Translations under genes and position numbers: made by a program | Source of the DNA: Eledone cirrhosa | Taxonomy: Eukaryota | DNA length: 64,000 nucleotides | Direction of reading: 5' to 3' | NCBI GenBank assembly: GCA_964016885.1 | Contig: OZ024744.1 | Coordinates: 8,804,001 to 8,868,000, forward strand | Notes under the pieces: model-generated | Databases searched by the model: none | Seen by the model: the letters and a program-made list of their open reading frames with translations, nothing else | Told to the model about the DNA's origin: nothing | Part shown: positions 8,105-23,227 of the stretch, one piece after another | Numbering within the stretch: the stretch's first letter is position 1 | How the letters are laid out: each line of letters starts with the position of its first letter

Positions 8105-11100
8105 GCTTCTGTCATCTTACCATCCCACTCCTACCGACTAGCCTCATTGTCACGTGATTGATTCTTTAGAATCTACCATTTGACCAGTGACAGCGAGATT
8201 TTCAGTGCATGGAATCCAGTCCCCGCTAGCTGTTCCATTTACCGAATTATTATTATTTTTATATGAGTCCCCAGTGTCCGCGCATTGCCTGGAGACTTAG
8301 CTGAGAATAGACCTCCCTGATGACGCAATGAATTCTCAACAGTTTATTACGTAACTGTCTTTATCCCATTGCAGAAACTAATTAGTTGGAGTGAAAATTT
8401 TAGTAAGTAAGTTAATTTTTAAAAAGTTTTTTTAATTTTCTTATTTTACGTCTTTTATATTATTGTTCTGCATCCTCCTGCATTGAACCACCTAGGTACT
8501 ATGACATAACCTGTGTATTTGCTGACATCAGCGTACATCTGTGCGCATATGTTAGTAGATATACGAAATTCTCTATATTTATCTCCAAATCACTTTGTCG
8601 AGCAAACCTGCCAAAACCAGTACTAAATTTTTGGTGTGTTAGTAGGCTTCTGTCATCTTACCATCCCACTCCTACCGACTAGCCTCAGTGTCACGTGATT
8701 GATTCTTTAGAATCTACCATTTGACCAATGACAGCGAGATTTTCAGTGCATGGAATCCAGTCCCCGCTAGCTGTTCCATTTACCGAATTATTATTATTTT
8801 TATATGAGTCCCCAGTGTCCGCGCATTGCCTAGAGACTTAGCTGAGAATAGACCTCCCTGATGACGCGATGAATTCTCAATAGTTTATTAAGTAACTGTC
8901 TTTATCCCATTGCAGAAACTAATTAGTTGCAGTGAAAATTTTATTAAAAAGTTAATTTTTAAAATTTTTTTTAAATTTTCTTCTTTTACGTCTTTTATAT
9001 TATTGTTCTGCATCCTCCTGCATTGAACCACCTAGGTACTATGACATAACCTGTGTATTTGCTGACATTAGCGTACATCTGTGCGCATATGTTAGTAGAT
9101 ATACTAAATTCTCTATATTTATCTCCAAATCACTTTGTCTAGCAAACCTTCCAAAACCACTACTAAATTTTTGGTGTGTTAGTAGGCTTCTGTAATCTTA
9201 CCATCCCACTCCTGCCGACTAGCCTCATTGTCACGTGATTGATTCTTTAGAATCTACCATTTGACCAGTGACAGCGAGATTTTCAGTGCATGGAATCCAG
9301 TCCCCGCTAGCTGTTCCATTTACCGAATTATTATTATTTTTATATGAGTCCCCAGTGTCCGCGCATTGCCTGGAGACTTAGCTGAGAATAGACCTCCCTG
9401 ATGACGCAATGAATTCTCAACAGTTTATTAAGTAACTGTCTTTATCCCATTGCAGAAACTAATTAGTTGGAGTGAAAATTTTAGTAAAAAGTTAATTTTT
9501 TTAAATTTTTTTTTAATTTTCTTATTTTACGTCTTTTATATTATTGTTCTGCATCCTCCTGCATTGAACCACCTAGGTACTATGACATAACCTGTGTATT
9601 TGCTGACATTAGCGTACATCTGTGCGCATATGTTAGTAGATATACTAAATTCTCTATATTTATATCCAAATCACTTTGTCGAGCAAACCTGCCAAAACCA
9701 CTACTAAATTTTTGGTGTGTTAGTAGGCTTCTGTCATCTTACCATCCCACTCCTACCGACTAGCCTCAGTGTCACGTGATTGATTCTTTAGAATCTACCA
9801 TTTGACCAGTGACAGCGAGATTTTCAGTGCATGGAATCCAGTCCCCGCTAGCTGTTCCATTTACCGAATTATTATTATTTTTATATGAGTCCCCAGTGTC
9901 CGCGCATTGCCTGGAGACTTAGCTGAGAATAGACCTCCCTGATGACGCAATGAATTCTCAACAGTTTATTACGTAACTGTCTTTATCCCATTGCAGAAAC
10001 TAATTAGTTGGAGTGAACATTTTAGTAAGTAAGTTAATTTTAAAAAAAATTTTTAAATCTTCTTATTTTACGTCTTTTATATTATTGTTCTGCATCCTCC
10101 TGCATTGAACCACCTAGGTACTATGACATAACCTGTGTATTTGCTGACATTAGCGTACATCTGTGCGCATATGTTAGTAGATATACTAAATTCTCTATAT
10201 TTATCTCCAAATCACTTTGTCGAGTAAACCTGCCAAAACCACTACTAAATTTTTGGTGTGTTAGTAGGCTTCTGTCATCTTACCATCCCACTCCTACCGA
10301 CTAGCCTCAGTGTCACGTGATTGATTTTTTAGAATCTACCATTTGACCAGTGACAGCGAGATTTTCAGTGCATGGAATCCAGTCCCCGCTAGCTGTTCCA
10401 TTTACCGAATTATTATTATTTTTATATGAGTCCCCAGTGTCCGCGCATTGCCTGGAGACTTAGCTGAGAATAGACCTCCCTGATGACGCAATGAATTCTC
10501 AACAGTTTATTACGTAACTGTCTTTATCCCATTGCAGAAACTAATTAGTTGGAGTGAAAATTTTAGTAAGTAAGTTAATTTTTAAAAAGTTTTTTTAATT
10601 TTCTTATTTTACGTCTTTTATATTATTGTTCTGCATCCTCCTGCATTGAACCACCTAGGTACTATGACATAACCTGTGTATTTGCTGACATTAGCGTACA
10701 TCTGTGCGCATATGTTAGTAGATATAGTAAATTCTCTATATTTATCTCCAAATCACTTTGTCTAGCAAACCTTCCAAAACCACTAATAAATTTTTGGTGT
10801 GTTAGTAGGCTTCTGTAATCTTACCATCCCACTCCTGCCGACTAGCCTCATTGTCACGTGATTGATTCTTTAGAATCTACCATTTGACCAGTGACAGCGA
10901 GATTTTCAGTGCATGGAATCCAGTCCCCGCTAGCTGTTCCATTTACCGAATTATTATTATTTTTATATGAGTCCCCAGTGTCCGCGCATTGCCTGGAGAC
11001 TTAGCTGAGAATAGACCTCCCTGATGACGCAATGAATTCTCAACAGTTTATTAAGTAACTGTCTTTATCCCATTGCAGAAACTAATTAGTTGCAGTGAAA

Positions 11101-14100
11101 ATTTTAGTAAGTTAATTTTTTAAAAATTTTTTAAAATTTTCTTATTTTACGTCTTTTATATTATTGTTCTGCATCCTCCTGCATTGAACCACCTAGGTAC
11201 TATGACATATCCTGTGTATTTGCTGACATTAGCGTCCATCTGTGCGCATATGTTAGTAGATATACTAAATTCTCTATATTTATCTCCAAATCACTTTGTC
11301 GAGCAAACCTGCCAAAACCACTACTAAATTTTTGGTGTGTTAGTAGGCTTCTGTCATCTTACCATCCCACTCCTACCGACTAGCCTGAGTGTCACGTGAT
11401 TGATTCTTTAGAATCTACCATTTGACCAGTGACAGCGAGATTTTCAGTGCATGGAATCCAGTCCCCGCTAGCTGTTCCATTTACCGAATTATTATTATTT
11501 TTATATGAGTCCCCAGTGTCCGCGCATTGCCTGGAGACTTAGCTGAGAATAGACCTCCCTGATGACGCAATGAATTCTCAACAGTTTATTACGTAACTGT
11601 CTTTATCCCATTGCAGAAACTAATTAGTTGGAGTGAACATTTTAGTAAGTAAGTTAATTTTTAAAAAATTTTTTAAATCTTCTTATTTTACGTCTTTTAT
11701 ATTATTGTTCTGCATCCTCCTGCATTGAACCACCTAGGTACTATGACATAACCTGTGTATTTGCTGACATCAGCGTACATCTGTGCGCATATGTTAGTAG
11801 ATATACGAAATTCTCTATATTTATCTCCAAATCACTTTGTCGAGCAAACCTGCCAAAACCAGTACTAAATTTTTGGTGTGTTAGTAGGCTTCTGTCATCT
11901 TACCATCCCACTCCTACCGACTAGCCTCGGTGTCACGTGATTGATTCTTTAGAATCTACCATTTGACCAGTGACAGCGAGATTTTCAGTGCATGGAATCC
12001 AGTCCCCGCTAGCTGTTCCATTTACCGAATTATTATTATTTTTATATGAGTCCCCAATGTCCGCGCATTGCCTAGAGACTTAGCTGAGAATAGACCTCCC
12101 TGATGACGCAATGAATTCTCAATAGTTTATTAAGTAACTGTCTTTATCCCATTGCAGAAACTAATTAGTTGGAGTGAAAATTTTATTAAAAAGTTAATTT
12201 TTAAAATTTTTTTTAAATTTTCTTCTTTTACGTCTTTTATATTATTGTTCTGCATCCTCCTGCATTGAACCACCTAGGTACTATGACATAACCTGTGTAT
12301 TTGCTGACATTAGCGTACATCTGTGCGCATATGTTAGTAGATATAGTAAATTCTCTATATTTATCTCCAAATCACTTTGTCTAGCAAACCTTCCAAAACC
12401 ACTACTAAATTTTTGGTGTGTTAGTAGGCTTCTGTAATCTTACCATCCCACTCCTGCCGACTAGCCTCATTGTCACGTGATTGATTCTTTAGAATCTACC
12501 ATTTGACCAGTGACAGCGAGATTTTCAGTGCATGGAATCCAGTCCCCGCTAGCTGTTCCATTTACCGAATTATTATTATTTTTATATGAGTCCCCAGTGT
12601 CCGCGCATTGCCTGGAGACTTAGCTGAGAATAGACCTCCCTGATGACGCAATGAATTCTCAACAGTTTATTAAGTAACTGTCTTTATCCCATTGCAGAAA
12701 CTAATTAGTTGCAGTGAAAATTTTAGTAAGTTAATTTTTTAAAAATTTTTTAAAATTTTCTTATTTTACGTCTTTTATATTATTGTTCTGCATCCTCCTG
12801 CATTGAACCACCTAGGTACTATGACATATCCTGTGTATTTGCTGACATTAGCGTCCATCTGTGCGCATATGTTAGTAGATATACTAAATTCTCTATATTT
12901 ATCTCCAAATCATTTTGTCGAGCAAACCTGCCAAAACCACTACTAAATTTTTGGTGTGTTAGTAGGCTTCTGTCATCTTACCATCCCACTCCTACCGACT
13001 AGCCTGAGTGTCACGTGATTGATTCTTTAGAATCTACCATTTGACCAGTGACAGCGAGATTTTCAGTGCATGGAATCCAGTCCCCGCTAGCTGTTCCATT
13101 TACCGAATTATTATTATTTTTATATGAGTCCCCAGTGTCCGCGCATTGCCTGGAGACTTAGCTGAGAATAGACCTCCCTGATGACGCAATGAATTCTCAA
13201 CAGTTTATTACGTAACTGTCTTTATCCCATTGCAGAAACTAATTAGTTGGAGTGAACATTTTAGTAAGTAAGTTAATTTTTAAAAAAATTTTTAAATCTT
13301 CTTATTTTACGTCTTTTATATTATTGTTCTGCATCCTCCTGCATTGAACCACCTAGGTACTATGACATAACCTGTGTATTTGCTGACATTAGCGTACATC
13401 TGTGCGCATATGTTAGTAGATATACTAAATTCTCTATATTTATCTCCAAATCACTTTGTCGAGCAAACCTGCCAAAACTAGTACTAAATTTTTGGTGTGT
13501 TAGTAGGCTTCTGTCACCTTACCATCCCACTCCTACCGACTAGCCTCAGTGTCACGTGATTGATTCTTTAGAATCTACCATTTGACCAGTGACAGCGAGA
13601 TTTTCAGTGCATGGAATCCAGTCCCCGCTAGCTGTTCCATTTACCGAATTATTATTATTTTTATATGAGTCCCCAGTGTCCGCGCATTGCCTAGAGACTT
13701 AGCTGAGAATAGACCTCCCTGATGACGCAATGAATTCTCAATAGTTTATTAAGTAACTGTCTTTATCCCATTGCAGAAACTAATTAGTTGGAATGAAAAT
13801 TTTATTAAAAAGTTAATTTTTAAAATTTTTATTTAAATTTTCTTCTTTTACGTCTTTTATATTATTGTTCTGCATCCTCCTGCATTGAACCACCTAGGTA
13901 CTATGACATAACGTGTGTATTTGCTGACATTAGCGTACATCTGTGCGCATATGTTAGTAGATATACTAAATTCTCTATATTTATCTCCAAATCACTTTGT
14001 CTAGCAAACCTTCCAAAACCACTACTAAATTTTTGGTGTGTTAGTAGGCTTCTGTCATCTTACCATCCCACTCCTGCCGACTAGCCTCATTGTCACGTGA

Positions 14101-17100
14101 TTGATTCTTTAGAATCTACCATTTGACCAGTGACAGCGAGATTTTCAGTGCATGGAATCCAGTCCCCGTTAGCTGTTCCATTTACCGAATTATTATTATT
14201 TTTGTATGAGTCCCCAGTGTCCGCGCATTGCCTGGAGACTTAGCTGAGAATAGACCTCCCTGATGACGCAATGAATTCTCAACAGTTTATTAAGTAACTG
14301 TCTTTATCCCATTGCAGAAACTAATTAGTTGGAGTGAAAATTTTAGTAAAAAGTTAATTTTTTTAAATTTTTTTTTAATTTTCTTATTTTACGTCTTTTA
14401 TATTATTGTTCTGCATCCTCCTGCATTGAACCACCTAGGTACTATGACATAACCTGTGTATTTGCTGACATTAGCGTACATCTGTGCGCATATGTTAGTA
14501 GATATACTAAATTCTCTATATTTATATCCAAATCACTTTGTCGAGCAAACCTGCCAAAACCACTACTAAATTTTTGGTGTGTTAGTAGGCTTCTGTCATC
14601 TTACCATCCCACTCCTACCGACTAGCCTCAGTGTCACGTGATTGATTCTTTAGAATCTACCATTTGACCAGTGACAGCGAGATTTTCAGTGCATGGAATC
14701 CAGTCCCCGCTAGCTGTTCCGTTTACCGAATTATTATTATTTTTATATGTGTCCCCAGTGTCCGCGCATTGCCTGGAGACTTAGCTGAGCATAGACCTCC
14801 CTGATGACGCAATGAATTCTCAACAGTTTATTAAGTAACTGTCTTTATCCCATTGCAGAAACTAATTAGTTGCAGTGAAAATTTTAGTAAGTTAATTTTT
14901 TTTAAATTTTTTAAAATTTTCTTATTTTACGTCTTTTATATTATTGTTCTGCATCCTCCTGCATTGAACCACCTAGGTACTATGACATATCCTGTGTATT
15001 TGCTGACATTAGCGTCCATCTGTGCGCATATGTTAGTAGATATACTAAATTCTCTATATTTATCTCCAAATCACTTTGTCGAGCAAACCTGCCAAAACCA
15101 CTACTAAATTTTTGGTGTGTTAGTAGGCTTCTGTCATCTTACCATCCCACTCCTACCGACTAGCCTGAGTGTCACGTGATTGATTCTTTAGAATCTACCA
15201 TTTGACCAGTGACAGCGAGATTTTCAGTGCATGGAATCCAGTCCCCGCTAGCTGTTCCATTTACCGAATTATTATTATTTTTATATGAGTCCCCAGTGTC
15301 CGCGCATTGCCTGGAGACTTAGCTGAGAATAGACCTCCCTGATGACGCAATGAATTCTCAACAGTTTATTACGTAACTGTCTTTATCCCATTGCAGAAAC
15401 TAATTAGTTGGAGTGAACATTTTAGTAAGTAAGTTAATTTTTAAAAAATTTTTTAAATCTTCTTATTTTACGTCTTTTATATTATTGTTCTGCATCCTCC
15501 TGCATTGAACCACCTAGGTACTATGACATAACCTGTGTATTTGCTGACATTAGCGTACATCTGTGCGCATATGTTAGTAGATATACTAAATTCTCTATAT
15601 TTATCTCCAAATCACTTTGTCTAGCAAACCTTCCAAAACCACTACTAAATTTTTGGTGTGTTAGTAGGCTTCTGTCATCTTACCATCCCACTCCTGCCGA
15701 CTAGCCTCATTGTCACGTGATTGATTCTTTAGAATCTACCATTTGACCAGTGACAGCGAGATTTTCAGTGCATGGAATCCAGTCCCCGCTAGCTGTTCCA
15801 TTTACCGAATTATTATTATTTTTATATGAGTCCCCAGTGTCCGCGCATTGCCTGGAGACTTAGCTGAGAATAGACCTCCCTGATGACGCAATGAATTCTC
15901 AACGGTTTATTAAGTAACTGTCTTTATCCCATTGCAGAAACTATTTAGTTGGAGTGAAAATTTTAGTAAAAAGTTAATTTTTTTAAATTTTTTTTTAATT
16001 TTCTTATTTTGCGTCTTTTATATTATTGTTCTGTATCCTCCTGCATTGAACCACCTAGGTACTATGACATAACCTGTGTATTTGCTGACATTAGGGTACA
16101 TCTGTGCGCATATGTTAGTAGATATACTAAATTCTCTATATTTATATCCAAATCCCTTTGTCGAGCAAACCTGCCAAAACCACTACTAAATTTTTGGTGT
16201 GTTAGTAGGCTTCTGTCATCTTACCATCCCACTCCTACCGACTAGCCTCAGTGTCACGTGATTGATTCTTTAGAATCTACCATTTGACCAGTGACAGCGA
16301 GATTTTCAGTGCATGGAATCCAGTCCCCGCTAGCTGTTCCGTTTACCGAATTATTATTATTTTTATATGAGTCCCCAGTGTCCGCGCATTGCCTGGAGAC
16401 TTAGCTGAGCATAGACCTCCCTGATGACGCAATGAATTCTCAACAGTTTATTAAGTAACTGTCTTTATCCCATTGCAGAAACTAATTAGTTGCAGTGAAA
16501 ATTTTAGTAAGTTAATTTTTTAAAAATTTTTTTAAATTTTATTATTTTACGTCTTTTATATTATTGTTCTGCATCCTCCTGCATTGAACCACCTAGGTAC
16601 TATGACATATCCTGTGTATTTGCTGACATTAGCGTCCATCTGTGCGCATATGTTAGTAGATATACTAAATTCTCTATATTTATCTCCAAATCACTTTGTC
16701 GAGCAAACCTGCCAAAACCAGTACTAAATTTTTGGTGTGTTAGTAGGCTTCTGTCATCTTACCATCCCACTCCTACCGACTAGCCTCGGTGTCACGTGAT
16801 TGATTCTTTAGAATCTACCATTTGACCAGTGACAGCGAGATTTTCAGTGCATGGAATCCAGTCCCCGCTAGCTGTTCCATTTACCGAATTATTATTATTT
16901 TTATATGAGTCCCCAGTGTCCGCGCATTGCCTAGAGACTTAGCTGAGAATAGACCTCCCTGATGACGCAATGAATTCTCAATAGTTTATTAAGTAAGTGT
17001 CTTTATCCCATTGCAGAAACTAATTAGTTGGAGTGAAAATTTTATTAAAAAGTTAATTTTTAAAATTTTTTTTAAATTTTCTTCTTTTACGTCTTTTATA

Positions 17101-20100
17101 TTATTGTTCTGCATCCTCCTGCATTGAACCACCTAGGTACTATGACATAACCTGTGTATTTGCTGACATTAGCGTACATCTGTGCGCATATGTTAGTAGA
17201 TATAGTAAATTCTCTATATTTATCTCCAAATCACTTTGTCTAGCAAACCTTCCAAAACCACTACTAAATTTTTGGTGTGTTAGTAGGCTTCTGTAATCTT
17301 ACCATCCCACTCCTGCCGACTAGCCTCATTGTCACGTGATTGATTCTTTAGAATCTACCATTTGACCAGTGACAGCGAGATTTTCAGTGCATGGAATCCA
17401 GTCCCCGCTAGCTGTTCCATTTACCGAATTATTATTATTTTTATATGAGTCCCCAGTGTCCGCGCATTGCCTGGAGACTTAGCTGAGAATAGACCTCCCT
17501 GATGACGCAATGAATTCTCAACAGTTTATTAAGTAACTGTCTTTATCCCATTGCAGAAACTAATTAGTTGCAGTGAAAATTTTAGTAAGTTAATTTTTTA
17601 AAAATTTTTTTAAATTTTCTTATTTTACGTCTTTTATATTATTGTTCTGCATCCTCCTGCATTGAACCACCTAGGTACTATGACATATCCTGTGTATTTG
17701 CTGACATTAGCGTCCATCTGTGCGCATATGTTAGTAGATATACTAAATTCTCTATATTTATCTCCAAATCACTTTGTCGAGCAAACCTGCCAAAACCACT
17801 ACTAAATTTTTGGTGTGTTAGTAGGCTTCTGTCATCTTACCATCCCACTCCTACCGACTAGCCTGAGTGTCACGTGATTGATTCTTTAGAATCTACCATT
17901 TGACCAGTGACAGCGAGATTTTCAGTGCATGGAATCCAGTCCCCGCTAGCTGTTCCATTTACCGAATTATTATTATTTTTATATGAGTCCCCAGTGTCCG
18001 CGCATTGCCTGGAGACTTAGCTGAGAATAGACCTCCCTGATGACGCAATGAATTCTCAACAGTTTATTACGTAACTGTCTTTATCCCATTGCAGAAACTA
18101 ATTAGTTGGAGTGAACATTTTAGTAAGTAAGTTAATTTTTAAAAAATTTTTTAAATCTTCTTATTTTACGTCTTTTATATTATTGTTCTGCATCCTCCTG
18201 CATTGAACCACCTAGGTACTATGACATAACCTGTGTATTTGCTGACATTAGCGTACATCTGTGCGCATATGTTAGTAGATATACTAAATTCTCTATATTT
18301 ATCTCCAAATCACTTTGTCGAGCAAACCTGCCAAAACTAGTACTAAATTTTTGGTGTGTTAGTAGGCTTCTGTCACCTTACCATCCCACTCCTACCGACT
18401 AGCCTCAGTGTCACGTGATTGATTCTTTAGAATCTACCATTTGACCAGTGACAGCGAGATTTTCAGTGCATGGAATTCAGTCCCCGCTAGCTGTTCCATT
18501 TACCGAATTATTATTATTTTTATATGAGTCCCCAGTGTCCGCGCATTGCCTAGAGACTTAGCTGAGAATAGACCTCCCTGATGACGCAATGAATTCTCAA
18601 TAGTTTATTAAGTAACTGTCTTTATCCCATTGCAGAAACTAATTAGTTGGAATGAAAATTTTATTAAAAAGTTAATTTTTAAAATTTTTATTTAAATTTT
18701 CTTCTTTTACGTCTTTTATATTATTGTTCTGCATCCTCCTGCATTGAACCACCTAGGTACTATGACATAACCTGTGTATTTGCTGACATTAGCGTACATC
18801 TGTGCGCATATGTTAGTAGATATACTAAATTCTCTATATTTATATCCAAATCACTTTGTCGAGCAAACCTGCCAAAACCACTACTAAATTTTTGGTGTGT
18901 TAGTAGGCTTCTGTCATCTTACCATCCCACTCCTACCGACTAGCCTCAGTGTCACGTGATTGATTCTTTAGAATCTACCATTTGACCAGTGACAGCGAGA
19001 TTTTCAGTGCATGGAATCCAGTCCCCGCTAGCTGTTCCGTTTACCGAATTATTATTATTTTTATATGAGTCCCCAGTGTCCGCGCATTGCCTGGAGACTT
19101 AGCTGAGCATAGACCTCCCTGATGACGCAATGAATTCTCAACAGTTTATTAAGTAACTGTCTTTATCCCATTGCAGAAACTAATTAGTTGCAGTGAAAAT
19201 TTTAGTAAGTTAATTTTTAAAAAATTTTTTAAAATTTTCTTATTTTACGTCTTTTATATTATTGTTCTGCATCCTCCTGCATTGAACCACCTAGGTACTA
19301 TGACATATCCTGTGTATTTGCTGACATTAGCGTCCATCTGTGCGCATATGTTAGTAGATATACTAAATTCTCTATATTTATCTCCAAATCACTTTGTCGA
19401 GCAAACCTGCCAAAACCACTACTAAATTTTTGGTGTGTTAGTAGGCTTCTGTCATCTTACCATCCCACTCCTACCGACTAGCCTGAGTGTCACGTGATTG
19501 ATTCTTTAGAATCTACCATTTGACCAGTGACAGCGAGATTTTCAGTGCATGGAATCCAGTCCCCGCTAGCTGTTCCATTTACCGAATTATTATTATTTTT
19601 ATATGAGTCCCCAGTGTCCGCGCATTGCCTGGAGACTTAGCTGAGAATAGACCTCCCTGATGACGCAATGAATTCTCAACAGTTTATTACGTAACTGTCT
19701 TTATCCCATTGCAGAAACTAATTAGTTGGAGTGAACATTTTAGTAAGTAAGTTAATTTTTAAAAAATTTTTTAAATCTTCTTATTTTACGTCTTTTATAT
19801 TATTGTTCTGCATCCTCCTGCATTCAACCACCTAGGTACTATGACATAACCTGTGTATTTGCTGACATTAGCGTACATCTGTGCGCATATGTTAGTAGAT
19901 ATACTAAATTCTCTATATTTATCTCCAAATCACTTTGTCGAGTAAACCTGCCAAAACCACTACTAAATTTTTGGTGTGTTAGTAGGCTTCTGTCATCTTA
20001 CCATCCCACTCCTACCGACTAGCCTCAGTGTCACGTGATTGATTTTTTAGAATCTACCATTTGACCAGTGACAGCGAGATTTTCAGTGCATGGAATCCAG

Positions 20101-20526
20101 TCCCCGCTAGCTGTTCTATTTACCGAATTATTATTATTTTTATATGAGTCCCCAGTGTCCGCGCATTGCCTGGAGACTTAGCTGAGAATAGACCTCCCTG
20201 ATGACGCAATGAATTCTCAACAGTTTATTACGTAACTGTCTTTATCCCATTGCAGAAACTAATTAGTTGGAGTGAAAATTTTAGTAAGTAAGTTAATTTT
20301 TAAAAAGTTTTTTTAATTTTCTTATTTTACGTCTTTTATATTATTGTTCTGCATCCTACTGCATTGAACCACCTAGGTACTATGACATAACCTGTGTATT
20401 TGCTGACATTAGCGTACATCTGTGCGCATATGTTAGTAGATATACTAAATTCTCTATATTTATATCCAAATCACTTTGTCGAGCAAACCTGCCAAAACCA
20501 CTACTAAATTTTTGGTGTGTTAGTAG

Positions 20527-23227
20527 GCTTCTGTCATCTTACCATCCCACTCCTACCGACTAGCCTCAGTGTCACGTGATTGATTCTTTAGAATCTACCA
20601 TTTGACCAGTGACAGCGAGATTTTCAGTGCATGGAATCCAGTCCCCGCTAGCTGTTCCGTTTACCGAATTATTATTATTTTTATATGAGTCCACAGTGTC
20701 CGCGCATTGCCTGGAGACTTAGCTGAGCATAGACCTCCCTGATGACGCAATGAATTCTCAACAGTTTATTAAGTAACTGTCTTTATCCCATTGCAGAAAC
20801 TAATTAGTTGCAGTGAAAATTTTAGTAAGTTAATTTTTAAAAAATTTTTTAAAATTTTCTTATTTTACGTCTTTTATATTATTGTTCTGCATCCTCCTGC
20901 ATTGAACCACCTAGGTACTATGACATATCCTGTGTATTTGCTGACATTAGCGTCCATCTGTGCGCATATGTTAGTAGATATACTAAATTCTCTATATTTA
21001 TCTCCAAATCACTTTGTCGAGCAAACCTGCCAAAACCACTACTAAATTTTTGGTGTGTTAGTAGGCTTCTGTCATCTTACCATCCCACTCCTACCGACTA
21101 GCCTGAGTGTCACGTGATTGATTCTTTAGAATCTACCATTTGACCAGTGACAGCGAGATTTTCAGTGCATGGAATCCAGTCCCCGCTAGCTGTTCCATTT
21201 ACCGAATTATTATTATTTTTATATGAGTCCCCAGTGTCCGCGCATTGCCTGGAGACTTAGCTGAGAATAGACCTCCCTGATGACGCAATGAATTCTCAAC
21301 AGTTTATTACGTAACTGTCTTTATCCCATTGCAGAAACTAATTAGTTGGAGTGAACATTTTAGTAAGTAAGTTAATTTTAAAAAAAATTTTTAAATCTTC
21401 TTATTTTACGTCTTTTATATTATTGTTCTGCATCCTCCTGCATTGAACCACCTAGGTACTATGACATAACCTGTGTATTTGCTGATATTAGCGTACATCT
21501 GTGCGCATATGTTAGTAGATATACTAAATTCTCTATATTTATCTCCAAATCACTTTGTCGAGTAAACCTGCCAAAACCACTACTAAATTTTTGGTGTGTT
21601 AGTAGGCTTCTGTCATCTTACCATCCCACTCCTACCGACTAGCCTCAGTGTCACGTGATTGATTTTTTAGAATCTACCATTTGACCAGTGACAGCGAGAT
21701 TTTCAGTGCATGGAATCCAGTCCCCGCTAGCTGTTCCATTTACCGAATTATTATTATTTTTATATGAGTCCCCAGTGTCCGCGCATTGCCTGGAGACTTA
21801 GCTGAGAATAGACCTCCCTGATGACGCAATGAATTCTCAACAGTTTATTACGTAACTGTCTTTATCCCATTGCAGAAACTAATTAGTTGGAGTGAAAATT
21901 TTAGTAAGTAAGTTAATTTTTAAAAAGTTTTTTTAATTTTCTTATTTTACGTCTTTTATATTATTGTTCTGCATCCTCCTGCATTGAACCACCTAGGTAC
22001 TATGACATAACCTGTGTATTTGCTGACATCAGCGTACATCTGTGCGCATATGTTAGTAGATATACGAAATTCTCTATATTTATCTCCAAATCACTTTGTC
22101 GAGCAAACCTGCCAAAACCAGTACTAAATTTTTGGTGTGTTAGTAGGCTTCTGTCATCTTACCATCCCACTCCTACCGACTAGCCTCAGTGTCACGTGAT
22201 TGATTCTTTAGAATCTACCATTTGACCAGTGACAGCGAGATTTTCAGTGCATGGAATCCAGTCCCCGCTAGCTGTTCCATTTACCGAATTATTATTATTT
22301 TTATATGAGTCCCCAGTGTCCGCGCATTGCCTAGAGACTTAGCTGAGAATAGACCTCCCTGATGACGCAATGAATTCTCAATAGTTTATTAAGTAACTGT
22401 CTTTATCCCATTGCAGAAACTAATTAGTTGGAGTGAAAATTTTATTAAAAAGTTAATTTTTAAAATTTTTTTTAAATTTTCTTCTTTTACGTCTTTTATA
22501 TTATTGTTCTGCATCCTCCTGCATTGAACCACCTAGGTACTATGACATAACCTGTGTATTTGCTGACATTAGCGTACATCTGTGCGCATATGTTAGTAGA
22601 TATACTAAATTCTCTATATTTATCTCCAAATCACTTTGTCTAGCAAACCTTCCAAAACCACTACTAAATTTTTGGTGTGTTAGTAGGCTTCTGTCATCTT
22701 ACCATCCCACTCCTGCCGACTAGCCTCATTGTCACGTGATTGATTCTTTAGAATCTACCATTTGACCAGTGACAGCGAGATTTTCAGTGCATGGAATCCA
22801 GTCCCCGCTAGCTGTTCCATTTACCGAATTATTATTATTTTTATATGAGTCCCCAGTGTCCGCGCATTGCCTGGAGACTTAGCTGAGAATAGACCTCCCT
22901 GATGACGCAATGAATTCTCAACAGTTTATTAAGTAACTGTCTTTATCCCATTGCAGAAACTAATTAGTTGGAGTGAAAATTTTAGTAAAAAGTTAATTTT
23001 TTAAAATTTTTTTTTAATTTTCTTATTTTACGTCTTTTATATTATTGTTCTGCATCCTCCTGCATTGAACCACCTAGGTACTATGACATAACCTGTGTAT
23101 TTGCTGACATTAGCGTACATCTGTGCGCATATGTTAGTAGATATACTAAATTCTCTATATTTATATCCAAATCACTTTGTCGAGCAAACCTGCCAAAACC
23201 ACTACTAAATTTTTGGTGTGTTAGTAG
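20527..23227 (+). repeat. Second intact 5-mer unit, read in phase D-E-A-B-C (2701 bp)
   Basis: The same diagnostic variants occur in the same cyclic order as in 5404-8104. Confidence 0.8.

Noticed and set aside
16009-16245. 78-aa ORF
   Set aside because: It is created by a single private substitution giving a TTG start in one monomer, with no coding evidence.
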